Positions 56,869-64,000 of a DNA stretch of 64,000 nucleotides are shown here, in pieces; the stretch's first letter is position 1, and each line of letters starts with the position of its first letter. The stretch covers positions 31,334-95,333 of the forward strand of contig JARLHJ010000047.1 in NCBI GenBank assembly GCA_031292305.1, given 5' to 3'. This stretch comes from Candidatus Babeliales bacterium (GTDB taxonomy: Bacteria > Babelota > Babeliae > Babelales > JABDEC01). A program made the position numbers and the translations under genes. The notes under the pieces were generated by a model, which saw only the letters and a list, made by a program, of their open reading frames with translations, made no database searches and was not told where the DNA came from.

Positions 56869-57581
56869 TTGAGATCTTTCTCACTTTTAATATATAAAAG
56901 TCTAAAACAACCTTTGCATTGTATTAATTGTTTTTTATTAAGATTAATAATATCTTGGTTAGTTACATTAAAGAAGCAAGCCTGGCAGCTATTATTTACA
57001 ACTTCCACAACAGGGTTAGTAACTCGAGAATGCATTATATTATATTTTTCTAACCATTCAACAGGTAGATCTATTTCTTTTTGTGGACGTTCTTTATAAA
57101 GATCTTCAATCTTTTTATAAGTAGAATCTAACTTGTCACGTATTTCTTTAATTTTTGTTGCAGCTTCTTTAATCTGCTCTTCTATGACTTTACTTTTTGA
57201 ATCGTATTCTACAGTTGCAGTTTCTAACTTGTTCCAGCTATTTACTAATTCTGGCTCTAAATTATGTTGTGCTTGTTGAATTCGCTCAAATTCTTTTTTT
57301 ATTAGCGTGTATTCTTTTTGATTTGAAATTGCATCTAACTTATGCTTTGTTTCTTTTTCTTTTACGTCTAATTCTTTCATTGTAAGTTCTTTATCATGAA
57401 CTTCTTTTTTTGCATCGATAAGTAAGTTTTTTTGAGCTTGAAGATTAGTATCAAATGAAAGGGCTTCAGTTTCTAATAATGATAAACTGCTTTTTAATGT
57501 ATCAATCTCTTTATTAGCGTGTAAGATTTCCTGGTCAAAAGTTACCAGGTCTATAAATAATTTGAAAGGGTCTCTCTCCAT
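56865..57581 (-). CDS. COG1579-type coiled-coil protein with C-terminal C4 zinc ribbon
   Basis: 238 aa. Long heptad region followed by ..CQACFFNV..(x)..CKGC... 4-nt overlap with rnhA. Confidence 0.7.
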   Translation of the reverse strand: MERDPFKLFIDLVTFDQEILHANKEIDTLKSSLSLLETEALSFDTNLQAQKNLLIDAKKEVHDKELTMKELDVKEKETKHKLDAISNQKEYTLIKKEFERIQQAQHNLEPELVNSWNKLETATVEYDSKSKVIEEQIKEAATKIKEIRDKLDSTYKKIEDLYKERPQKEIDLPVEWLEKYNIMHSRVTNPVVEVVNNSCQACFFNVTNQDIINLNKKQLIQCKGCFRLLYIKSEKDLK

Positions 57582-57670
57582 AGCTTCCCCTCGTTTTTTT
57601 TGTATTTTACTTCATTTATGGGGTTTGCCAGTAGAAGTTTGTCGAGCCAGAAGCCCGGATAAACTTAAAC

Positions 57671-57747
57671 TGGTGGGCCCACCAGGATTTGAACCTGGGA
57701 CCTTTCGGTTATGAGCCGACTGCTCTAACCAACTGAGCTATGGGCCC
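57671..57747 (-). tRNA. tRNA with CAU anticodon (elongator Met, or Ile2 if lysidine-modified), CCA encoded
   Basis: The reverse complement folds as a cloverleaf: GGGCCCA-TA-GCTC-AGTTGGTTA-GAGC-A-GTCGG-CTCATAA-CCGAA-AGGTC-CCAGG-TTCAAAT-CCTGG-TGGGCCC-A-CCA. The G1:C72 pair argues against an initiator. C4:G69/C5:G68 resemble the TilS determinants of E. coli tRNA-Ile2. Confidence 0.9.
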
Positions 57748-57854
57748 CCACACAATGAATATTTAAGATATATTAAACTAATTTTAACTATTTGCCAAGC
57801 AACTTTTTTACATGTTCTGTCTGGCAACAAAAGCTTAATATTTAATCTAAGTGT

Positions 57855-57883
57855 TTGCAGTTAGGCAAAATTTGGGGTAAAAT
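57855..57883 (+). promoter_or_regulatory. Candidate sigma70-type promoter for 57932..58627
   Basis: TTGCAG (57855-57860), 17-nt spacer, TAAAAT (57878-57883). Confidence 0.25.
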
Positions 57884-57931
57884 GGTTATAGTACAATGTT
57901 TATATGTTTAATGTTTAAATTTCGGGATAAG

Positions 57932-58627
57932 ATGAAAAAAAATCTAATAATAATCATGCTGCTTTTTTGTGTTTCAAACCTAAGATCTTCAGAAGAAATT
58001 TCTCTCGGATTAAATATTGATGATCCAGAAGCGATGAATTCTTTTCAATTATTTAAATATGGTGAATTACAAATACCTACATATTTTATAGACGAGGGTG
58101 ATAAAATAGAGGTAAGTAGTCCTTTAGGGCAAAAACAACTTTATAATTTGTTAAATTCTTCATATAAACAGTTGAGTCAACTTCCTTCAGTTTATAGAGA
58201 AGAGCTAGATATAATAGAAAAAAAAATTAAAGAAATTGGGACATCCGCTTTAGCAACAGGAAAACAAAAACTTAGGAAGTCTATTGCGCAAACATCAAAT
58301 GTCAATTCTAATAGTTTGAATGTAGATGATTTTGCACAAGTAAGCGCATATCAATTATTTAATGAAGAAACTGGACAAATAATAATTCCTAGAAAATTGT
58401 CATCGAAAAATATTAAAGACGTGAGTATCGATAATAAAGATGGGCAGCATTTACTTTATGATTTATTGATTCAAAAATATAAGTCATTAGAAAATAGTCC
58501 GAATAACGAAGACAAATTACAAATAATTCGTAATTATATACAACTTATTTTTAACAATGCAAATAACTGTGGTAATTTTGCTTTATTAAGAAATATCGAA
58601 GAAGCTTTTCCTGAAATCACAGGATAA
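57932..58627 (+). CDS. Exported hypothetical protein with an internal duplication
   Basis: MKKNLIIIMLLFCVSNLRS signal-like start. Two related modules: QLFKYGELQIPTYFIDEGDKIEVSSPLGQKQLYNLLNSSYKQLSQLP and QLFNEETGQIIIPRKLSSKNIKDVSIDNKDGQHLLYDLLIQKYKSLENSP. Confidence 0.5.
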   Translation: MKKNLIIIMLLFCVSNLRSSEEISLGLNIDDPEAMNSFQLFKYGELQIPTYFIDEGDKIEVSSPLGQKQLYNLLNSSYKQLSQLPSVYREELDIIEKKIKEIGTSALATGKQKLRKSIAQTSNVNSNSLNVDDFAQVSAYQLFNEETGQIIIPRKLSSKNIKDVSIDNKDGQHLLYDLLIQKYKSLENSPNNEDKLQIIRNYIQLIFNNANNCGNFALLRNIEEAFPEITG

Positions 58628-58644
58628 TTTAAGACTTTATATTT

Positions 58645-58677
58645 AAGAGGAACCTAAACAGGTTCCTCTTTTTTTTG
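58645..58677. terminator. Rho-independent terminator between convergent genes
   Basis: AGAGGAACC-TAAACA-GGTTCCTCT followed by T8. The gap stop lies at 58682 on the other strand. Confidence 0.7.
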
Positions 58678-58681
58678 CTTT

Positions 58682-59689
58682 TTACCAAGAATTAGATTTA
58701 ATAAAATCTCTTAATCTACAACTATATCCCCATTCATTATCATACCAACCAGAAACTTTTCCCATATTTCCAATAGTTTCAGTCAATAAGCTGTCTAAAA
58801 TAACAGAATGTGAGTTGCCTTTAAAGTCAGATGAAACTAATGGTTCTAGAGTTATATCTAAAATACCATTCAAATTATTATCTTTTGCATTTATAAAAGC
58901 AGCATGTATATCATTTATAGAAATGGCTTTTTTGGCTACAAAAGTTAAATCAATAAAAGAAACATCCGCAACTGGTACCCGTAATGAATTTGCTTTTATA
59001 ACGGTGTTCAGTTCAGGGAATATTTTGCCAACAACTTTAGCAGCACCGGTAGTTGAAGGTATTATGTTAAGTGCAGCAGCGCGTGCTAATCTTAAATCTT
59101 TTTTGTCATTATCTAATAAATTTTGAGTAGCAGTATAAGCATGTGCGGTTGTAATAAAAGCTGAAGTGATAGAAAATGCATCATTAATTACTTTTATTAA
59201 GGGGGCTACAGCATTAGTTGTACAACTACCTAGAGAAATTATTTTATGTTTTTTGGAGTCAAACATTTCATCATTAACACCTGGAATAATTGTAATGTCT
59301 TCATCTTTAGCAGGAGCTGATATTAATACATATTTGGCACCAGCGTTTATATGTATTTTTGCTTTATCAGCATCTGTAAATTTACCAGTGCACTCTACTA
59401 CTAAATCTACATCTAAACCTTTCCAATCAATTTTTGACGGATCAGTTTCTGCTATAACTTTTATAGAATAATTACCTACTTTAATTTGGCCTTGCGTAGA
59501 AGATAATTTATTTTGATATGTGCCCATTAAAGTGTCATATTTAAAAAGATGTAAAGCATGTTCAGAGTTATCAGGGCCAACATTAATTACTTTAACTTCT
59601 ATATTTTCTTGTGCTATTTCATCTGCAAGAATTGTGCGTAAAAATGTTCTGCCTATTCTGCCGAATCCATTTATTGCAATTTTAATCAT
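58682..59689 (-). CDS. gap: Glyceraldehyde-3-phosphate dehydrogenase
   Basis: MIKIAINGFGRIGR.., active-site SCTTN, ..WYDNEWGYS. The ATG at 59689 is preferred over 59710 because it gives the canonical N-terminus. Confidence 0.95.
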   Translation of the reverse strand: MIKIAINGFGRIGRTFLRTILADEIAQENIEVKVINVGPDNSEHALHLFKYDTLMGTYQNKLSSTQGQIKVGNYSIKVIAETDPSKIDWKGLDVDLVVECTGKFTDADKAKIHINAGAKYVLISAPAKDEDITIIPGVNDEMFDSKKHKIISLGSCTTNAVAPLIKVINDAFSITSAFITTAHAYTATQNLLDNDKKDLRLARAAALNIIPSTTGAAKVVGKIFPELNTVIKANSLRVPVADVSFIDLTFVAKKAISINDIHAAFINAKDNNLNGILDITLEPLVSSDFKGNSHSVILDSLLTETIGNMGKVSGWYDNEWGYSCRLRDFIKSNSW

Positions 59690-59690
59690 G

Positions 59691-60512
59691 TTACCACTTT
59701 CTAATATCATCTAAAATTATTTTTTCTTCTTCTTCAGATAATAATGGTAATTCAAGTAATTTTGGAAGAGTAATTAATTGTGGGTGTTCTAAGAAGTTTT
59801 TTAAAGCTACTTTTCCAATATTTCCTTGTCCAGGAAGATCATGCTTATCTATACATCTACCCAATTTTTCTGAGGTATCATTTACATGTATTAAGCTAAT
59901 TCTATTAAGGCCTATATTTTCTTCTACTAATTTTAAAAATTTTTCTTGCCCCGATATATTAGAAACATCATATCCAAATGAATAAGCGTGTGCGGTATCC
60001 AAACAAAATGAAACACGTTCTGGGTATTCCATTAAAGATAATATTTCAGAAAAATCGGTTATATCACTACCTACGGACATTTTGCCATGGGCTGTATTTT
60101 CAAAAACTATATTAATATCAGATTCTTTTTTTAAAATCTTATTTATTGATTCAGCTAAAAAACGTATACCTTGAGATTTTGATGTGCAACTTTTTGCAGA
60201 ACCTGGGTGTAAAATTATATCAGTAAATTCAAGCTCTTTTGCCATTTTAACTTCACGTTCCAGAATTTTGTATCCATAATTTTGGTAAGTGCATAAATTT
60301 ATCCAATAAGAACCATGTAGATACACTTTGTTAAAACGTTCTCTGCGCAAAGTTAAAAATTCACGTATATCATTTTTTTCAAGTTCAATATGTTTACCAT
60401 CAGTAAATGTTAAAAATGTTTGAAAGAAAGGGATATCTAAGCGTATTGCTTTTTTTATTACGTCAGTAAGAGTGCTAGTAAGTCTTATATGTAAACCAAT
60501 ATTATTGTTCAT
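59691..60512 (-). CDS. nfo: Endonuclease IV (deoxyribonuclease IV)
   Basis: 273 aa TIM-barrel pattern: ..YLHGSYWINL.., ILHPGS, VFENTA, CLDTAHA, HVND. Confidence 0.85.
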   Translation of the reverse strand: MNNNIGLHIRLTSTLTDVIKKAIRLDIPFFQTFLTFTDGKHIELEKNDIREFLTLRRERFNKVYLHGSYWINLCTYQNYGYKILEREVKMAKELEFTDIILHPGSAKSCTSKSQGIRFLAESINKILKKESDINIVFENTAHGKMSVGSDITDFSEILSLMEYPERVSFCLDTAHAYSFGYDVSNISGQEKFLKLVEENIGLNRISLIHVNDTSEKLGRCIDKHDLPGQGNIGKVALKNFLEHPQLITLPKLLELPLLSEEEEKIILDDIRKW

Positions 60513-60646
60513 AACTCGTCCCGGAGTTAAAATTAAATGTTTAGTTGATTGTATATTATGAGAAATTAAAATACAATTTTTTTAAAAAATAATAGTATGT
60601 TATAATAATTTAAATTTATTAATACAATTAAAAGTAAGTTGAAACA

Positions 60647-63295
60647 TTGATTCCCCTTAATTTACAAATCAAAAATTTCTTAAGCTACGGTTCAGAATTA
60701 CAAACAATAAATTTTGAGCCTTATAACCTAATATGCTTGTCCGGTAAAAATGGACATGGTAAGTCTGCTTTATTAGATGCAATGGCGTGGGCAGTTTGGG
60801 GCGAAGCACGTAAAACTACAGGCACTTCAAAGCCTGATCAAGGTTTATTACGCCTTGGTCAAAGACAAATGATTGTAATTTTTGATTTTGAATTTAATAA
60901 AAATAAATATCGTATACGGCGTGAATTTTCTTTTTCATATGGCAAACCAAATGCACATCTTGACTTTGGGCTTTATGAAGGGGATGAAAAAATAATTTCA
61001 CTTACAGACAAAACAATAAAAGCAACGCAAGATAAAATAGAAAGCATGCTAGGATTGAATTTTGAATCTTTTTGTAATTCAGCTTTTCTACGTCAAGGAA
61101 GTTCAAATGAATTTTCTAAAAAATCACCTAAAGACAGAAAAGAAATTTTAGCAAATATTTTAGGGTTAGGTAAATTTGAAACTTTGCGTAAAATTGCAAT
61201 GGAAAAGATAAAAAGCCTAACAAATCAACGTGATGGTAATTTAAAATTAAATGAGATGATTGAAAAAGAATTAACTTATTTTGACGAAGTTAATTCTAAG
61301 CTCATAGAAACTAAAAATCAGATAGAAAAGATAACAAAAGAAGAAGAAGAGTATTTAATATCAAAAAGCCTGCAAGAGCAAGAAAAAAAGAAATTATCCG
61401 TTTTATTAAATGAACAGCAAATGTTAATTTTGCAATTGCAAAAGCTGCAAGAAGAACATAGTCTAAAAACAAAAGATCTTATTGGCACATATAATCTTTG
61501 GCATGAAACACACAAAAAAAGAATTAACTTTCCTGATAAAGAAAAACTTGAGTTAGAAAAGCAAGCATGCTTAAAAATAATTGAAACATCCCAGCAATTG
61601 CAGCATCAGCAATTGGAACTTAAAGAAATATTTTTAAAGACTAAAGAAGAAGAACAAAATTTACTAAAAATATTAAATGATAAGCAAGCTATAGAGATTC
61701 AAAATAAGAAGCTTGAATTAGAAAGATCATTAATAAATAAAATTAATACTCAAGAAAAACTTAAAGAGCTAAATAATAGTTTGCAACAATTAACACAAGA
61801 CAATAACAAAATAAATTTAGCGACTGTAGATGAACAGTTAATTTTAAAAGCTGAAAAGCAGTTTGATAAACGAAGAAATTATTACCAAAAATTCATAGCG
61901 CAAGGGAATCAAATAAAATCTGAATTAAATGCTCTAGAGCAAAAATGCAAATTATCATCTGATGATCAAAACCCAAGCTGCCCATTGTGTGAACAGAATT
62001 TATCAGCTTCTCGTAAAAAGTTTTTAAAGCAGCAATTTGCCAACCAAGAAATATTTTTAAATCACAGATTAAAGCGCATTACAGGTTTAATTAGCAAGCT
62101 AAAAGACATTTTAATGTCTCAGCATAATGAAATTAAATCCTATAAAGATTCGTTAGAACTTAATAAAACTAAAGCACAAATTGAAAAACAAATATTAGAA
62201 CTTAAAACTCAAAGCAAAGATCAGCTTAAAATATTAAATGATCTAGAAATACGCATAACAGAAGAACAAAAACTAATTGAGCATTTAAAAATTGAAGGCG
62301 CCAAACTAATAGCGCAAGATGAGAAATATAAAGTAATACAAGCTAATTTAAATGAAATAAATCTAAAAATAGCAGAAATTAAATATAATTCAGAAGAGCA
62401 TAAGAAAGTAATATCTCAATTAGCTAGTATAGATATGCAGTTAGCTGCATATAATAATGTTGATTTGACTACACTGCGTGAACAATATAAAAGAGAATTT
62501 TTGAGCATAATTGCTAATCTTAGATTATTAAAAAATGATATTAAAATATTAAAGCAAAATATAACTAATTTTGGTGATTTAAAGTTATTAGAACAAAATC
62601 TTAATATTAAAGAACGTGATATTACTGATGCATTAAAAGCACTTTTAAAATTTAAAGAAACTATATTGCATCAACGTGGCAGCTTAGAAAATCAGATATC
62701 TAAATTAGAACAACTTTCGCAAGAATGTAAAAAGTATAAAGAAGAAGCTAGCAGTTTGCAAAATACAATGGATGATTATAAAACAATATCTATAGCACTT
62801 TCTAAGGATGGCATTCAAGCGTTGCTAATAGAAGAATCAATCCCGGAAATTGAACACGCAGCAAATGAAATTCTAGCCAAATTAACAGATAATCAGGCAC
62901 AAATTATTATAGAATCTGTTCGTGACCTTAAAAAGGGTGGCATAAAAGAAACTTTAGATATAAAAATTTCTGATGATATTGGTATTAGGCCATATGAAAT
63001 GTTTTCAGGCGGAGAAGCTTTTAGAATAGATTTTGCATTGCGTATAGCAATTTCTAAATTATTAGCACACAGATCAGGAACATCATTGCAAACACTTATA
63101 ATAGATGAAGGCTTTGGTTCACAAGATGAAGAGGGCCTTGCGCATATTATGGATTCTATTTATAAGATACAAGATGATTTTGCAAAGATTATTATTGTTT
63201 CACATTTGCAGACTATGAAAGAACAGTTTCCTGTGCATTTTGTAGTGGAAAAGGGACCTGCTGGTAGCCGAGTTGAAGTTGTAGAACAGGGCTAA
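60647..63295 (+). CDS. sbcC: SbcC/Rad50-family ATPase with zinc hook
   Basis: 882 aa, TTG start. Walker A GKNGHGKSALLDA, long coiled coil with central CPLC hook, signature FSGGEAFRIDFALRIA, Walker B LIIDEGFGSQD. No sbcD/mre11-like gene on either side. Confidence 0.85.
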   Translation: MIPLNLQIKNFLSYGSELQTINFEPYNLICLSGKNGHGKSALLDAMAWAVWGEARKTTGTSKPDQGLLRLGQRQMIVIFDFEFNKNKYRIRREFSFSYGKPNAHLDFGLYEGDEKIISLTDKTIKATQDKIESMLGLNFESFCNSAFLRQGSSNEFSKKSPKDRKEILANILGLGKFETLRKIAMEKIKSLTNQRDGNLKLNEMIEKELTYFDEVNSKLIETKNQIEKITKEEEEYLISKSLQEQEKKKLSVLLNEQQMLILQLQKLQEEHSLKTKDLIGTYNLWHETHKKRINFPDKEKLELEKQACLKIIETSQQLQHQQLELKEIFLKTKEEEQNLLKILNDKQAIEIQNKKLELERSLINKINTQEKLKELNNSLQQLTQDNNKINLATVDEQLILKAEKQFDKRRNYYQKFIAQGNQIKSELNALEQKCKLSSDDQNPSCPLCEQNLSASRKKFLKQQFANQEIFLNHRLKRITGLISKLKDILMSQHNEIKSYKDSLELNKTKAQIEKQILELKTQSKDQLKILNDLEIRITEEQKLIEHLKIEGAKLIAQDEKYKVIQANLNEINLKIAEIKYNSEEHKKVISQLASIDMQLAAYNNVDLTTLREQYKREFLSIIANLRLLKNDIKILKQNITNFGDLKLLEQNLNIKERDITDALKALLKFKETILHQRGSLENQISKLEQLSQECKKYKEEASSLQNTMDDYKTISIALSKDGIQALLIEESIPEIEHAANEILAKLTDNQAQIIIESVRDLKKGGIKETLDIKISDDIGIRPYEMFSGGEAFRIDFALRIAISKLLAHRSGTSLQTLIIDEGFGSQDEEGLAHIMDSIYKIQDDFAKIIIVSHLQTMKEQFPVHFVVEKGPAGSRVEVVEQG

Positions 63296-63324
63296 ATAAG
63301 ACTTTATTTGATTTGAGGCATATT

Positions 63325-64000
63325 ATGTCATTTGTAAAAAAATCTTTTCTCATGTTTACTTTTTTACTTTTTAATTCTTTTTTAAATTGTGCCCAAGTAA
63401 AATATAAAACTGAACAAGATTTAAATGCTCAAGAAAGTGAGAGGGTATCCGAAGCTTTAAAAGAAACACAAAAAGAGTTATATTCGGAATTAATGTTATT
63501 TGTAGCAAGTCCTCGCGCTCAAAATGATAGTCTAGGTAAATCTTCTTCTTTTAGATATACACCTGATTCTGCGCATTCCAAATTCTTACAACTGTGCAGA
63601 GAAAGTGACCATGAATTTTTTGATGTAACAATTTCATCGTGGGCGCAGGAAGTTGATCTGTATGATATTAATGACAAATTATGTTATTGTAATATTTTTT
63701 GTGCGCATGATAATCAACCAATTAATATTAATTGGGATTATTTGTGGAAAGAACTTTTTGGAGAAAAATCTTTAGAAGAAGTTAAATCAATTCACAGTAA
63801 TACACTCTTTCAGGTCGATTCTGAAAACCTTGGAGGTCTTTTTTCATGTTTTAAAACTAACACAATAACCTTAAAAAAAGCAATCAGTGAATACATTAAA
63901 TGGGAAAACTTAACCCCTTCTGAAATGATTTTAACATATATTTTAGTTTTAAATTCCTATAATACTAAAATATTACGCGTTAAAAGCAAAACATTCAGTA
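63325..64000 (+). CDS. Exported hypothetical protein, 3' end beyond the window
   Basis: ATG 63325 with GAGG upstream. Hand translation MSFVKKSFLMFTFLLFNSFLNCAQVKYKTEQDL.. stays open to the window end. Absent from the ORF track because there is no in-window stop. Confidence 0.5.
   Translation, partial: MSFVKKSFLMFTFLLFNSFLNCAQVKYKTEQDLNAQESERVSEALKETQKELYSELMLFVASPRAQNDSLGKSSSFRYTPDSAHSKFLQLCRESDHEFFDVTISSWAQEVDLYDINDKLCYCNIFCAHDNQPININWDYLWKELFGEKSLEEVKSIHSNTLFQVDSENLGGLFSCFKTNTITLKKAISEYIKWENLTPSEMILTYILVLNSYNTKILRVKSKTFS

Noticed and set aside
57582-57670. Moderately G+C-rich spacer between the tRNA(CAU) and the COG1579 gene (..CCGGGCTTCTGGCTCGACAAACTTCTACTGGCAAACCCC.. on the minus strand), considered as a second RNA gene or an attachment-site remnant.
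   Set aside because: It contains only a short direct repeat (CTTCT..TGGC) and no convincing helix. It has no terminator and no integrase or direct repeat of the tRNA 3' end nearby. Most simply it is the 5' UTR of the downstream gene.
57671-57747. tRNA gene as the anchor of an integrated genomic island.
   Set aside because: The flanking genes are housekeeping (rnhA, spoIID, gap) plus a single orphan ORF. There is no integrase, no duplicated tRNA 3' segment and no compositional shift.
443-61515. Many 60-120-aa ORFs in the supplied track lie antisense to, or out of frame within, well-supported genes. Examples: 443..685, 1919..2113, 3235..3510, 3829..4101, 4535..4738, 4631..4855, 5341..5547, 6098..6364, 8088..8312, 8198..8482, 10390..10602, 14699..14950, 19366..19584, 20003..20228, 20793..21092, 21447..21713, 22653..22886, 22942..23181, 24842..25078, 25274..25537, 26812..27048, 27222..27407, 28232..28534, 30822..31091, 33876..34097, 34395..34685, 35994..36353, 40835..41044, 41430..41726, 42405..42593, 43538..43750, 44811..45131, 46038..46274, 46769..46960, 49685..49921, 51301..51582, 52047..52301, 53243..53569, 56854..57099, 57197..57385, 58815..59714 and 61318..61515.
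   Set aside because: Each overlaps a longer ORF with clear homology motifs or paralogs. They have low-complexity, Phe/Leu/Ile/Ser-rich translations typical of the antisense of AT-rich genes, and they lack SD sequences.
60647-63295. SbcC-like ATPase as the core of an anti-phage defence system (Lamassu/Wadjet/Gabija/Septu-like).
   Set aside because: It has the canonical Rad50/SbcC architecture with a central CxxC zinc hook, and no partner genes typical of those systems on either side. A housekeeping repair role is the conservative call.

Overview
This is an AT-rich bacterial chromosomal window using the standard code, with many GTG/TTG starts and short gene overlaps. Most of it is core housekeeping. 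A contiguous str-S10-spc-alpha ribosomal superoperon runs from rpsL to rplQ (25898-44883, + strand). It includes fusA, tuf, secY, adk, map, infA, rpmJ and rpoA, and has no rpmD/L30. Other core genes are ffh-rpsP-trmD-rplS, hflX, murC, yidC, recR, pepP, rseP, rplM, gap, nfo, sbcC, a polar amino-acid ABC transporter operon, a COG1579-rnhA-spoIID operon and one tRNA(CAU). About 20 lineage-specific ORFs with signal-peptide-like N-termini are wedged between these operons. Several form paralog families with eukaryote-like architectures: Sel1-like repeat proteins ending in bipartite NLS-like basic clusters (three members), WD40+LRR fusions (two members plus an LRR-only gene), a short serpin-like protein, and tandem duplicates of an uncharacterised His/Glu-motif protein. 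This pattern suggests a host-associated or intracellular bacterium, possibly Dependentiae/TM6-like. That is inference only and cannot be verified here. I found no CRISPR array, transposase, integrase, prophage, toxin-antitoxin pair or recognisable defence or secretion-system operon, and I cannot honestly name one discrete new system. The best novelty candidates are: (1) the exported Sel1/NLS and WD40-LRR families as putative host-targeted effectors; (2) a G+C-rich, multi-hairpin element with an anti-SD-like CCUCCC tract between a MerR-like gene and murC; (3) a TrmD-second-SPOUT-domain fusion; (4) a secreted Trp-repeat peptide; (5) unusual ribosomal protein variants (Lys/Ala/Pro-tailed L13, Cys4 L24, N-terminally divergent S4). 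All functional calls rest on motif recognition by eye and on synteny. No database search was run.
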